A DNA stretch of 64,000 nt from Eledone cirrhosa (lineage: Eukaryota). Location of the stretch: contig OZ024745.1 in NCBI GenBank assembly GCA_964016885.1, forward strand, positions 112,654,001 through 112,718,000. Direction: 5' to 3'. Shown piece after piece: positions 1-12,827 of this stretch. A program made the translations under genes and the position numbers. Every line of letters begins with the position of its first letter. The stretch's first letter is position 1. Below the pieces are notes generated by a model. That model did no database searches, was not told where the DNA came from, and worked only from the letters and a program-made list of their open reading frames with translations.

Positions 1-75
1 GTAAATGTTTAAAATATGAAAGAAAATGATTATAGTCGATTTCAATGAAAGTAAAATGAATGTCTAATTTGGCAG

Positions 76-665
76 TTGTTGAATTGTCAACAATCAGTTA
101 TAATGGACAAAACACTTCGATTCAGGCTAAACAAAAGAACACGCCTACGGCTGTGTAGTTTACCAACACTATACCTAATGACGCCCTCGATAACTACTAC
201 ATGTTTCTCTGAAATGGTTATATCAGTCTTCTTGCGTTTGAGATTGTTGTCTCAGGTTGTTGTTCATCTGATCGAAAGCTGTACATAGCTATGGTGCGTC
301 CACACTTAGAATTTGTATCACCAGTCTGGAACCCCTATCTTGCGCAGAATGTTGATCTGGAAACTGTTCAGAGACGTGCAACCAAACGATTACCCCCCAT
401 TAGGCATCTACCATACTCTGAACGCCTTGCTTCCCTGGGCATGGATACATTAAAGCTCCGACGCCCAATTATTAACCATCTTTCCAACAACTCTGATCAC
501 GTTTTTGAATTCCATGTGTCTAACACCCCTTGACATGTTTACAAAATCAGAAAACAGTACAGCTCCCATGACTTTCGGAAACATTGAGTTGCTGAAGCAT
601 GGAACAGACTACCTGCATCAGTTGTTAGCTGTCGGGACACTGCATCTTTCAAAACTTCCATGCTC
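76..665 (+). mobile_element. CR1/L2-type LINE, degenerate 3' end of ORF2 (RT C-terminus)
   Basis: Translation YIAMVRPHLEFVSPVWNPYL...LETVQRRATK...YSERLASLGMDTLKLRR matches the CR1-clade post-RT motif; frameshifted. Confidence 0.85.
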
Positions 666-780
666 CCCAAAATTCGCCAATGCTACACCTGATATCCCCC
701 CTCCATATACACGCATGCATCTCTGTGTGTATATCATGACTCATACACTCTTCACTTTCCTGACATTTGTACATTATTCA

Positions 781-965
781 TGGATTGGCAGTATCGGTAG
801 AGGGTCGGACACCATGCTTTGACGCACAGAGTTACGGCCCTTGCCATTCTGAGTTCAAATCCCGCCGCGGTTAACTTTGCCTTTCATCCTTACGGGATCG
901 ATAAAATAAAGTACCAGTAATGCACTGGGTATTTGCTGGCCTTGTGCCTAAAGTAGAAACAGTTA
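781..965 (+). mobile_element. tRNA-derived SINE, family A
   Basis: A-box TGGCAGTATCGG, B-box GAGTTCAAATCC, core TTTGCCTTTCATCCTTACGGGxTCGATAAAATAAAGTACCAG; many near-identical copies in the window. Confidence 0.9.
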
Positions 966-1007
966 TTCTATGCACTATGCATGCACCTGAGTACTGTACA
1001 CAATAAT

Positions 1008-1195
1008 AATTGTTTCTACTTTTGGCACAAGGCCAGCAATTACCCAGTGCATTACTGGTACTTTATTTTATCGACCCCGTAAGGATGAAAGGCAAAGTCA
1101 ACCTCGGCGGGATTTGAACTCAGATCGTAAAGGGACGTAACTATGCTGGAAAGCATGACGTCCGACCCTCTACCGATACTGCCAATCCACCGCCC
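1008..1195 (-). mobile_element. SINE family A
   Basis: Reverse complement of the family A consensus, full length. Confidence 0.9.
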
Positions 1196-1463
1196 TTGTA
1201 CACAATAATAATAATTATTATTAGTGATCATTTTCCACGAGGAGGTCGTCAAACTTGGGTCCTAGTTGTACCAGTAAACTATTGCTCAGTATCGGAACCA
1301 ACATTCTCCATGACAGCAGCTTGTTTGCAGACACTTGCCGCCCACCAATAAACAAGGCAAGGAAGTAGGATATGAGACTCAGTGTTAAAAAAAAAAAATC
1401 TTATCTATTTCTTCAACATATAAACAATTTATAAATAAACATTGTTTCATTAATAGCCGAGTT

Positions 1464-1670
1464 TGGATTGGCAATATCGGTAAAATGGCGAACATGCTTT
1501 TAGACATATAGTTACGTCCCTTTACGTTTTGAGTTCAAATCCCGCCACTTTGCCTTTCATCCTTACAGAATCAATAAAATAAAATACCAGTAATGCACTG
1601 GGCTCGATTTAATCGACTCCTCCCACCCAAAACAAACTATTGTTGGCCTTGTGCTTAAATCAGAAACCAT
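1464..1670 (+). mobile_element. SINE family A, older/longer variant
   Basis: Same head and core, extra internal segment. Confidence 0.8.
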
Positions 1671-1816
1671 TAATAGCCGAGTTTTAGTCATTACTGATGG
1701 TTCTTCTTCTGTCACCTTCTTGCTACAAATGAAAGATTAATGTTTGTGTCCAGTTTACAACTCTATATCTCACTATATGTAATGTATGCATGATATAGCC
1801 AATAACAGCAGTCTAA

Positions 1817-1996
1817 TAATTGTTTCTACTTTAGGCACAAGGCCAGCAATTACCCAGTGGATTACTGGTACTTTATTTTATCGACCCCGTAAAGATGAAA
1901 GGCAAAGTTAACCTCGGCGGGATTTGAACTCAGACTGTAAAGGGACGTAACTATGCTAGAAAGCATGGCGTCCAACCCTCTACTGATACTGCCAAT
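1817..1996 (-). mobile_element. SINE family A
   Basis: Reverse complement of consensus. Confidence 0.85.
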
Positions 1997-2011
1997 TCGC
2001 AGTCTAATAAT

Positions 2012-2320
2012 GGTCAGGTCAGGCTATTGCCTGCTACTGGTACTATCATAGTACAACTTACTTCATGGTTGAGTGGTTGGCAACTAAATTGGCTCCTCTA
2101 ATGACTCTGGTCTGGTGAGAAGGGTAAGTGGAACCCCAGCAGCACCCAAAACAAAGCTGTTAAAAAGGGCTGATGAACTCTTCAGTGTCAATGGCCATCC
2201 ATCACAATTATGGGTTAAATAGCCTCACCAACCTGCAATTGGCCAAGCTACATCCATGACATGACCAAAACCAAGCAGCAAGTGGTGGAGGTCAATAAGG
2301 GAGGGGTTCCTCCAACTCAA
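2012..2320 (+). repeat. Interspersed repeat, probable LINE (RTE-type) 5' region; second copy at 62060-62400 (-)
   Basis: Shared blocks GCCTGCTACTGGTAC, CTTCATGGTTGAGTGG, AAGTGGAACCC.AGCAGCAC and GGGTTAAATAGCCT with the reverse complement of 62060-62400. Confidence 0.6.
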
Positions 2321-2488
2321 GTTAATGATTAAGGAACTTAGTTTGTAAGGGTTTTCAAATAAAAAGTTCCAAATGTGAACTTTGGATTCTCAATCTCATT
2401 AGGTCTACGTAAATGCTCTACTCTAGAAATCTCATATGTTCACAACTCATCCCAAATGCTGCAATAAAGGTGTGGGTCAGCTGCATCT

Positions 2489-2735
2489 GTGGTAGAATGG
2501 GATAAACTAGTGCAATGCAATGGACTATTGGGAAATTACATTTTTCAGTCTGTAGAATTTGAGACATTCAGAAGAGCTGGGCCACTGAAAGTGTTTTTGT
2601 TATCATTAGTGGCTTGCCTTACTGAAGTATCAAATGATTCTTATAAGTGTTATTGGCTATTTCAGTGTATTAGCCTTACTATCACCTGCAGTAATGCCAT
2701 GGATTACTTGTCTTATTTTAAATATTTTTAGAAGG
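2489..2735 (+). mobile_element. Decayed 3' fragment of a CRE-like RLE retrotransposon
   Basis: WLFQCISLTITCSNA resembles WLFQRISLSILRGNA of the element at 20240-23403. Confidence 0.6.
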
Positions 2736-3808
2736 TAGCCCTAACATTTCCTGTTGTAGTGTATAAATCAATGCATGTCATGTCCTGTTTTCTTTTTCTT
2801 CTTTCTTACACTTTTTTTGTTGAATTGTTTCTATTGTAAATCTTAAACATTCTGTAAAAATGTACACCATTTTTACTGGTTGTTCATCGTATGTATATGC
2901 TACATATAACTAGGTTCTTGAAGTTGTAAACTATATGCTGTTATTACTAGATGATCATTGAATGAAAGACAATTATTTTTTTTAAATTGAATTTAACATC
3001 TTAGGAGGCAATGGTGTGACAAGAATAATGAAGTAGGTTGCTTCTGATAAATTATAATTTTTACTAGGAATAGAATTCAATAATACTTAAATTTTGCAAA
3101 TATCTTTTCCTATTACTTTTCTTTGTATAAATACCAAATTATAGCAGAAAAGTTTAGTACAGAGGAAGAGTTCTTTATTCATATCCCATCAAAAATGTTC
3201 TGGGTAAGATACTAAATATTTCTTTGGACCTCTCTTATTTTTAAACTGATTCTTGATTGCAAAAGACCATTGCTAGTTTCCTTGAATTCAAGCGATTATA
3301 TTTGATTACCAACTAAATACTTCCTGTGTTTCTTAATAGATTGCAGGTAAGATGAAAGCAAATACTTTTCTTTGACAAGTTGTTTACAATGCTAAAATCA
3401 TGTTTCTTACACTTAAACAAAATATTGTCAATATAGAAGGCACTGTGTATTGTTATTGCTGTTGACTGTCCCTGGTTGTTCAGATCTATGAGGAAAACTA
3501 TTCCAGCCATGATAATTTCATCGTTTTTCAGATATATTCTATCCAGGAATACATTATGCAATGTATCTTTCCTTTTATTTTAAAATGGTATGGTCTGACT
3601 GCTATTTCTAGTAGGTTGAGTGAATAGGTTTAAGTTCCTTTGTTGGCAAAATAATTAGATATAGATACTGAACTTTTATGTTAAACAGAAAATTCCTTTT
3701 GTTTGCTTTTTAAGGAAAAAGAAAGGAAATATTGTAATTTTTTGCTTGGATTCATTCGACCTTTGTAACTTGTATAAAAGCTATCATTTTTTAAAACTAT
3801 CTTTTCAG

Positions 3809-4283
3809 GATATTATGTTGGGGTGACCTGTTTGGTGGAAGACCGTCTTCTCTTTGATTTGGATGATTTAAGTTCAGGATGGGCAACATATTTGATTCTG
3901 GCCATTGGCTTTCCAATTGCTACTCTTACACTCTTCTACTACTGGTCATTAAATAACTGGGAGCAGCACCCAATAGCTAAGCAGTTACAACTGTTAACTG
4001 AAAATGGTTCATCGTGGCGTGATATTGCTTCCTCCATCAATGTGGAATTTCGAAGACCAGATAAATTTACTTCAGGTTCTGCGGCACGTCGAGCTATTGT
4101 AACTGATTCTTGGGTTATTAAAACTTCTACTTACCATGTATATGTTGCTCACCAAAATGATATTCAGCTTAGCCTTGCCAGCAGTGAAGAACATCAGATG
4201 TCTTACGAATCAATGTCAACTGTCCAGTATCTTAATATCAACATTATTCCCAACAATGCAGCTCTTAAGTCTTTTACTATTCG
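3809..4283 (+). CDS. TMEM129: E3 ubiquitin ligase TMEM129, internal exon (first exon not found in window)
   Basis: Acceptor cttttcag|GA, donor CG|gtaag; GYYVG...WEQHPIAKQL...WRDIASSINVEFRRPDKF...IVTDSWVIK is typical TMEM129. Confidence 0.93.
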
Positions 4284-4362
4284 GTAAGACTCACTAATGA
4301 TTTTTTTTTTAATTCAAATTTACTGATTTTCTTTTTTCTACAAGTTATTAGTAATCATCACA

Positions 4363-4613
4363 AGGTGGTAGATTGGCAGTATTGATAGAGCATGCTTTGT
4401 GGAATATAGTTACATCCCTTTACATTCTGAGTTCAAGTCCTGCCATGGTTAGCTTTGCCTTTCATCCTTATGGGGTCGATAAAATAAAGCACCAGTAATG
4501 CACTGAGGTCGATTTACGGGATCGATAAAATAAAGCACCAGTAACGCACTAGTGTTGATTTCATTTAACCCCCCACCCCCAATTATTGGCTTGATGCCTA
4601 AATCAGAAACCAT
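4363..4613 (+). mobile_element. SINE family A variant with internal duplication
   Basis: B-box and core; TCGATAAAATAAAGCACCAGTAA occurs twice. Confidence 0.75.
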
Positions 4614-4664
4614 TATTAGTAATCAATACTATCCTTGTTGTTTTTATATTAATACTATGTAAAA

Positions 4665-5752
4665 AAAAAAGTGGATTTAGTGAAGAAATTAATGTGCAGG
4701 TAGGAGTTCATCAGGGTTCAGTTCTCAGCCCACTGCTGTTCATTATAGTTCCCCCAGCCATAACAGGAGTTTATGACTGGCTGTCCATGGAAACTTCTCT
4801 ATGCAGATGATTTGGTCCTTATAACTGAATCTATAAAAGAACTAGGGAATAAGTTCTGGCTATGGAAACAGAATTTGGAATCAAAAGGGCTAAGAGTAAA
4901 CTAAATGCTAGTAAGTAGGAAAGAAGATAGGACCCTGATTCCTTCAGGGAAGTGGCCTTGCTCAATATGTCGAAAAAGAATAGACATAAACTCTATATGA
5001 TGTACACAGTGTAAATCTTGGATACACAAGAGATGTAGTGGGATAACTTGTTGACTAACAAGAAGGCTAGACTTTGTATGTAGAAGATGCACAGGGGTAA
5101 TCAACAGGAAGAGAATCTGTGATATAAATCTTTTCCAATCACATGAAGGATCCATAGAAATGGTTAATAGCTTCTGCTATCTCGGTGACCTATTTAGTAG
5201 TGGAGGCGGGTGCTCTGAGAATACAATAGCTAGAATAAGGATAGGATGGAAGAAGTTTAGAGAGCTTCTTCCACTGTTGACAACAAAGGGATTTTTCCTA
5301 CATGCAGAAGGACATCTGTATGATGCCTGTGTGCAAAGTGTGATGCTATATGGTAGTGAAACATGGGCAGTGACTGCAGAAGACATGCATAGGCTGGAGA
5401 GAAGCAACCCTGCTTCGCTGGATGTTTTATGTAAATATGGAGGAAAGGCATAGCTTGGATGAACTGAGGGAGAAAATGGGTTTAAGAAGAATCCGAGATG
5501 GTCTGCAAGAAAGATGACAGTGTTGCTATGGGCATGTGATGTGTATGGATAATGATCGCTGGGTGAAAAAGTGCCAGGAAATTGCAGTAGATAGACCAAG
5601 GAAGACCTGGGCAGATGTGGTGACAGCTTATCTCAAATTGCTGAGACTCACAGAGGAAATGACAAAGGAATGAGTGGAGAGATGCTGTGCTGGAAAGGAC
5701 CTGTCCAACCCATGTGAGTGTGGAAAAACGGATGTAAAAATGATGATGATGA
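4665..5752 (+). mobile_element. RTE-clade LINE, 5'-truncated and degenerate, in TMEM129 intron
   Basis: VGVHQGSVLSPLLFIIV, LLYADDL, FCYLGD, ARIRIGWKKFRELLPLL, MLYGSETW; 3' tail CCAACCCATG...AAATGATGATGAT. Confidence 0.9.
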
Positions 5753-6587
5753 TATATATATAAACATACATAACATTTGGTTAATGTAGGAAGCATTGTG
5801 AAATTTGAAATTATAGTTGCACCAATGCAGTAAGTAATCGTTGAATAAATTGAGTAAAGTACCCCTGGAGATGGAATAAAAATGTCAGGTACCTTTGGAG
5901 AATCGAACCATGTACAGCTCATGAGCTTGTAGAGCCCATATTGACTCTGTGTAAATCTTTATTTAGTGTTACAGCTTATCTGGATGATGTTTAGTCCTCA
6001 TCTCCCTCAAGCAGAATTTTATTCAGAGTTAGGTTGCTTTCACTCTGGCTCAGATTTCCATAATGCCATTAATGGTCTCCACGATGCGATAGTTAGAAGG
6101 GAGATTGTAACTTTTAGTGTAGGCTAGTTTGATTGTTTGTAGTTTATGAATTCCTAGAAGTAAAAATTAGGGGCTTACAATCAACTGGCTAGCTTTCTTA
6201 TACTTCTCATAATAAGGTTTTCAGGCATCATCCTCATGCTTTCCAAAAGCATTATTTCTATTATGACACCCTAAGCAGATCACAATATAGTTTAAATATG
6301 TAACTGATAGAGAAATATCCAGTCACCCTTTCGTTACCATATTTCTAATGAAAGGCAGTGCTTAGAATTTTCAAATGATTTTGAAAATTATAAAAAATTT
6401 GAAGGGTTCTTATATAAAATTATGATGGAAGGATTTTATATCATAAAATCAAGGTCAGTTTTATGCAGTTTGGTATTAAAATAACATTCAAGATTCCAAA
6501 GACAGACAGTAACAACAGTAAGAAGAAGAAATGGTAATTTAATTTATTCTAGCTTTTCTCATCCCCATTCTTTATGCTTTCTGTAAG

Positions 6588-6965
6588 TATTATGTGTTAG
6601 TCTAGGAGTACAGTGCAATGGTAGGGGTCATTGCTTTGAAGACTATTATGTGTTAGTCTAGGAGTACAATGTAATGGTAGGGGTCATTGCTTTGATGACT
6701 ATTATGTGTTAGTCTAGGAGTCTAATGCAATGGTAGGGGTCATTGTTTTGATGACTATTATGTGTTAGTCTAGGAGTACAATGTAATGGTAGGGGTCATT
6801 GCTTTGATGACTATTATGTGTTAGTCTAGGAGTCTAATGCAATGGTAGGGGTCATTGTTTTGATGACTATTATGTGTTAGTCTAGGAGTACAATGTAATG
6901 GTAGGGGTCATTGCTTTGATGACTATTATGTGTTAGTCTAGGAGTCTAATGTAATGATAGGAATC
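6588..6965. repeat. 56-bp minisatellite, about 6.7 copies
   Basis: Unit TATTATGTGTTAGTCTAGGAGT...GATGAC starts at 6588, 6644, 6700, 6756, 6812, 6868, 6924. Confidence 0.95.
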
Positions 6966-7277
6966 ATTTCAAAGCAGTTCAGTGTATGTTCTCTCCACGT
7001 GTTGCATTATATCAAAAGAAATATCTCTTTAAAAGGCACGAAGGTTACAACTTTCCTCATTTATTTTGAATTAAATCTGAAATTCTTTTACAGCATCACT
7101 AAGTGTGTTTTATGTTTAAAAAGAAAATCCATTTGTTATATACTCTTACATAATATTTTTTTTTACTTTTGTATATTTTCAAATTTACATCCCTGTTAAA
7201 AGCAAGATTGTCTAAGTTTATAAGAGATAAAAGAACAGATTTATTATTAATAATAATTTTTTTTCTTTTTCTTTTAG

Positions 7278-7437
7278 ACTAAATTCTTTAGAATATGGTG
7301 AGTTGAGAGGGAAGTTAAGAGCTCCGGTTCTGAATGCACGCAATTTCATTATTCATCAGTCGTTGAGTGATCAATTCCTTGTTGCTTTTCATAATGAAGT
7401 AGAAAAAAATCCTGTTTATGTTGTACCTCCGGAAACA
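7278..7437 (+). CDS. TMEM129: TMEM129 internal exon
   Basis: cttttag|A ... ACA|gtaagt, phase-compatible with both neighbours; RLNSLEYGELRGKLRAPVLNARNFIIHQSLSDQFL...NPVY. Confidence 0.93.
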
Positions 7438-8229
7438 GTAAGTTGTGTTTACTAACTGCCTATCTGCTTGCTAACACAAACACACACAGTCGCTTACTTG
7501 CTAACAAACACACATATAGACACTTGCTTGGAAAATGAAATTCTAAAATTGAAGCTTTATTTCTATATAAATAATCCTTAGAGCCTTATTTCTAGGAAAA
7601 GATAACTTCTAGCCTAGGTTGTATCACTCATATTGTAGTTCTAATGAAAGTATGAACATTCCTTCTCTTCATTACTGCCCATCTATAAATCAGTCTGTCC
7701 TTATGTCCATTAAATATCATTATTGTCAGAGCAGGAAGGAGATGGATTGACAAAACTGTTAGATCGTTGGACAAAATACTTTGCAGCATTTAGTTACAGC
7801 CCTTTATGTTCAGCCCTTTAAATCCTGCTGAGGTCACCTGTGCCATCATCCTTCCAGGGAGTTAATAAAATAATCTACCTGTCATGTACAGGGGTCAATG
7901 TAATTGACATTCCTCTCTCCACAAATTGTTGGCCTTGTGTCTAAATTATAAATCATTATCAGGGCAGTGATTACACACAGAATATTTTAGTGAATATTAT
8001 TTACAGCATCTCTACTCAATACATGCTGTAAAATTTTCATTCAAATTTTCTCAGAACCTGTAAATATGATAATCCTAATTGGATAATCATCATCATCATC
8101 GTTTAACGTCCATTTTCTATGCTAGCATAGGTATAATATAAATATATAAATTTAATACAAGTCAGCAAAGAAATTCTATTTGACCATTTGATCTGTTCAA
8201 TCTAACAACAAAATCTCCTTTAAAAGGAC

Positions 8230-8708
8230 TAGTAACTAGAATAAGAACATGCTAGAAAAAGTTTAGAGAGCTACTACCCCTCTTGGCAACAAAAAATTTC
8301 TCCCTACAAATGAAAGGTTGGCTTTATAATGCCTGTGTGTGATGTGCAATGCTGCATGGTAACAAGACATGCTTTGATATATGTGCAATGTAACTGTGCA
8401 TGAATGACAAAGTATGGATGAACTGAGAGAGAAATGGGGTATAAGGGAATCAGATGTAGTGTGCAAAAGAGGAGACTGTGCTGGTATGGAGATGTGATGT
8501 GCTTGGATGATGATCACTACGTGAAGAAGTGCTAAGAAATTCCAATGGAAGGAAACCACGGTAGGGGGAGACTTGAGCAGAAGCCATAAGAGCTCATCTC
8601 AAATCGTTGAAACTCAGAGAAGATGCAACAAGTGGAGTGTTGCTGTAGTGAAAAAGTCCTGTCCAACCCATGGAAGCATGGAAAAGCAGACCTAAAATGA
8701 TGATGATT
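8230..8708 (+). mobile_element. RTE-clade LINE 3' fragment
   Basis: Similar to 5225-5750, including KFRELLPLL and the ACCCATG...ATGATGATG tail. Confidence 0.8.
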
Positions 8709-9129
8709 CTTTATTTCCAGTAAACAAGGAATATCAAATGTGATGCCAGTCTGAATTCCTGATATAGTGGGGAATATGGAAGGCTCATTTTCGTACAGGT
8801 CAAACTAAAAGTAAATCAGCCAATTACAATAAAGATAGCTTTTTCTACAGAATTAACCTTCTTGCAAAACTCAGCTTGAAAATAGGGTATTTTTGTGCTC
8901 TTTTTATCTACAATTTCACCAATGAAGTGAAGGTCAACACAATCAAGCACATCTGGGGAGAAAAGACAAAGATTTAGACTGTTTATATCTGAAGGAGTAC
9001 TGGAAAATTTTGATGAGGAAGAATGGATGTTTGATTAGGCATATCTAGATGATTTGGAATTGTTTGATGATGTTTTAAAATTGAAGACTAAAACGGAATT
9101 GATGTTAATGTTTCAAGAAGGAAGTGTGA

Positions 9130-9497
9130 TGTTCTGTCAGCTGGTAGTAACAGAGATAAATAGAGTTTTGATTTAGCTTGGAATTGAATTTTGTTTTCAG
9201 AACCAAAACTTGACTTACAGTTTGACAGTATTAATGTAGGCCTACAAAGTATTCTTAATTTCATAGCAGCTGAAAGTACAGCTATTGAATTTTTGTGTTT
9301 ATATTTTGATGATGCATTTTGCGAGTACTTGTGCAACATGACAAATTTATGTGCCTGTCAAATTCATGAACATAATCAAAATTCTTACTATGCTAAAAGC
9401 TTTACACCAGTGTCATCAGTTGAAATGAAAGCATTCATTGGGCTTGGTCTATAATGAAATACTTAATTATCAAACTATAGAGACTGTTGGTTTAATG
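9130..9497 (+). mobile_element. piggyBac-like transposase fragment (PGBD4-type)
   Basis: EFLCLYFDDAFCEYLCNMTNL...PVSSVEMKAFIGLGL*..YRDCW resembles the N-terminal part of piggyBac DDE transposases; contains a stop. Confidence 0.7.
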
Positions 9498-9657
9498 AAG
9501 TTGACATTTTCAGTTCAGTTCCCACCAAAGTCGACATTTTCAGTCCAGTTCCCACCAAAGTCGACATTTTCAGTCCAGTTCCCACCAAAGTCGACATTTT
9601 CAGTCCAGTTCCCACCAAAGTTGATATTTTGAGTTCAGTTCCCACCAAAGTTGACTT
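9498..9657 (+). repeat. 30-bp tandem repeat, about 5.3 copies, at the front of a degenerate family A SINE that continues to about 9795
   Basis: AAGTCGACATTTTCAGTCCAGTTCCCACCA at 9498, 9528, 9558, 9588, 9618. Confidence 0.9.
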
Positions 9658-9924
9658 TGTTTTTAATCCTTCCAGGGATCAATAAAATATTTACAGCATA
9701 TATACTGGATTTAATCAACTGCACCACCTACCGCCACACACATACACGCATGCAAAAAAAAAAAGAAACTTGTGGCCATGTCCCTTATGTTAGAAATCAT
9801 CATCATCACCACCATTACCATCATCATTATCAGCACCACCATCACCATCATCTAGGAATATCATACAGTGCAAATTGAATTGCAATGAATTAAACTAGTT
9901 TTCATTGTTTTCTTTATTTTGTAG

Positions 9925-10179
9925 GATGTGGAAACATGTGTTGGTTGTCTTCAGAAAGAAGCAAATGTAAAACTTCAAAAGTCATGTAGTGACCTGAGAG
10001 AAGGGGATTGTGAGCAGTGCTATTGTCGGCCAATGTGGTGCATTGATTGTATGGGGAAATGGTTTGCAAGTCAACAAGATAGGGATAGCTCGCAGACATG
10101 GTTAAGTGGTAAAACACCTTGTCCAACTTGCCGTAGAAGATTTTGTATCCTTGATGTCTGTTATATTAATCAGCAATGA
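9925..10179 (+). CDS. TMEM129: TMEM129 last coding exon, C4C4 RING domain
   Basis: ttttgtag|GAT; CVGC...CEQCYCRPMWCIDCMGKWFASQQD...PCPTCRRRFCILDVC; stop TGA. Confidence 0.95.
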   Translation, partial: DVETCVGCLQKEANVKLQKSCSDLREGDCEQCYCRPMWCIDCMGKWFASQQDRDSSQTWLSGKTPCPTCRRRFCILDVCYINQQ

Positions 10180-10299
10180 TACTTTGAGACTTTTATTGAA
10201 ATTACTGTTGTGGGGTGCCAAATATGGTTGATAAAAAATATGAATGCTTGCTTTAAACTCATCTATTTGTCTACTTAGTTCGACTTATTAATAATAACC

Positions 10300-10305
10300 A
10301 ATAAA
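10300..10305 (+). terminator. Candidate poly(A) signal of TMEM129
   Basis: AATAAA about 120 nt after the stop codon. Confidence 0.4.
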
Positions 10306-11049
10306 AAGCACATTTGTATCTACTTGTATATTTATTTATTTGAATTGTGAAAGTAAATTTATGTCAGAGACATGTCTAATAATTTAAATTGACCTCATTT
10401 TAATACTGCTATTTATCACCTCAATCAGAAAAACAAAACTGCATAGTTGACTGTAATGAAATTTGAGACAAAATTGAAAATTGTAAAGTATTTACTTCAG
10501 TGCTTTACTATCTCAACGATGTTATCTATCTTGAAATTTGTAATAAAAAATAACTTTGATAAAAAATCTGTATTTATTATGAACATATTTCTTCTCCCTC
10601 TCTTTCTCCTTCTCAATGTTCTTAATCTATTTATTAAACACCATGTGGCCTCACCAGCGATATCAGTTACTTACAGGTGATGTGAACTAAAAGTCTTGGT
10701 AAACAGGTACAGACTGATCCACCTGTCAACAGAACTATTTCGTATATGAGTTCACCATTAGTTCTATGTAGAAAAGTCTATATGTTCCATTAAATAGAAT
10801 ATAAGGGGTTGGGAGGACCCTTCAGTTGTGTCAAGGATATGAAAACTTCCCTAGTGTTTGTGATCTACACAATAAAAGCACCCAGTACATGCTGTAAAGT
10901 GGTTGGTGATAGTAAGAGCATGCAGTTGCAGAAAGCTTACCAAACAAAGGGTTGGGAGGACCCTTCAGTTGTGTCAAAGACATGATAACCTCTCTTGTGT
11001 CAGTGCACTTGGTAGAACATGAGACTATGTAAGCAAGATGCAGACTCCC

Positions 11050-11665
11050 AGCCTGTCTGGAAAGTCAGTAGCACCACTCCAATATTGACTAAGTTTACTC
11101 TTAGCCTTTTTGATTCTAAATTGTTTCCACAGTTGGAACTTATTCTCTAGTTCTTCTACAGATTCAGCTATAAGGACCTGATCATCTGCATAAAAAAGTT
11201 CTCATTGACAGCCAGTCATGAATGCCTCTGTTATGGCTTGAAGAACTAAAAGGAACAGAAGTAGGCTGAAAATCAAACTCTGATTAATTATCTGTACCCT
11301 GAATTTCTCACTAAATTCCTTTCCTACTCTCATTTTACTGACAGCTCTGATGTACATGGCTGGCACTGATCTCACAAGCCATTCTTCTACATTTAGTTTC
11401 CTTAAGGACCACCAGATGATAGATTGAGGTATTCTGTCAAAGGTCTTTTCTAGATAAACAAAAGTTAAACATAGTGGCTTATTCTTGGCTAGGAACTTCT
11501 TTTGTAGTCTCACTAAAGAGAGCATCTGTAGTACTTCTCCAATGCACAAAATCAAACTGCATCTCATCTAGTTTGACTCTTTCCCTAATTAGCTGTGCTA
11601 GAATTCTTTCTGTCAATTTCATAACTTGATCCATTAGTTTTATTCCTCTGTAGTTGCCTTTCACC
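11050..11665 (-). mobile_element. RTE-clade LINE RT fragment
   Basis: NYRGIKLMDQVMKLTER, STTDA, FVYLEKTFDRIP, LFYADDQ. Confidence 0.85.
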
Positions 11666-12827
11666 ATCAACCCATCTGTAACATCTAAGCTAGTGGTCCT
11701 CACAACTGCCAAAACCCTAAATGGCTAACTCACAGCTGTGAATATTTTCCCACTGCTGCAACAAATGCAAGATGGTAATCAGAAAATAAAAAATACTTTG
11801 GTTCGTATAAAGCCTGCAAGCTCCCCTGTCTCTTATATTGAGCTTTATGGGCCCAACACACACTTTATACAAGATATACAATTTAATCCCCCTGCAGTAG
11901 ACATACACACAGGTGTCAACCTAAACACCTCATATCAAATTTGCATTGTTCTCATAAATATCTTGGGTAGGTGTGTCTTTGTACATACTACAGGCTAAAC
12001 TGGAATTTAAGAACATATCAAGGGAACAGTCTTATATCTCACTCTCTACATATAAATAATACATAACTAGAGCCTTCAGAATGTGTGACAAATACTAACA
12101 ACTTTATATATATATAATGCTTTCTAATTTAGGCACAAATCCAACAAATTTGGAGAGAGGAAAGTTGATTATACAACTCCAGTGCTTTACTGGTATTTTA
12201 TTTTATTAACCTTAGCAGGATTTGAATTCACACTATAGAAATTAATTAAACACTGCAAAGAGATGCTGTGCGGAAAAGGACCCATGCAAGCATGGAAAAA
12301 TGGAAATAAAAAAGATAATTATGATGAAAGCAGTTTGTTCAATGTTCAACTTCACTCACAATATTATCAAAAATAACTACAAAAAAATAAGATTCTTTTT
12401 TAGTGCTAAAAAATACTTCAGTTGCTGTTGTACAAGTAAGACCCTTATTAGAATACTGCTCATATTTATAAGATGGTGCAGTTGCTGTATACACTAATGT
12501 ACTAGATTACATTAAATAGAAATATATTCAACTAATTTTTTTTATTCTTCCATAATTGGGGCAGCTTTATTTTGACTCTAATCACTTTCAATGGTATAAC
12601 AGTATCTTCCAAGATGGTGTTAGATTACAATGTGGTTATGAAAATGAAAAAGGAAGAGGCAAGGCAAGGGTTCTAGAGTCCAAAGATTCAGTTACCAACA
12701 TGCTTCAACTAATGGTTGTTTAATCTACCTTCTTGAAAACAATTACAAATATAAATGTCACTGAAAGACTTTAATGAACCAGACAGTTAAGTTGTCAAAC
12801 AAATGCATATAGAATCTGACAGACATA

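Noticed and set aside
1-6. GTAAAT as donor of TMEM129 exon 1
   Set aside because: Cannot be tested without upstream sequence
1052-1252. Recurrent peptide WIGSIGRGSD...NPAEVDFAFHPYGVDKIKYQ
   Set aside because: Translation of SINE family A, not a gene family
6588-6965. CRISPR-like array
   Set aside because: Contiguous units with no unique spacers, no cas genes, eukaryotic intron
9790-9852. Poly-His ORF
   Set aside because: Intronic (CAT/CAC)n tail of a SINE
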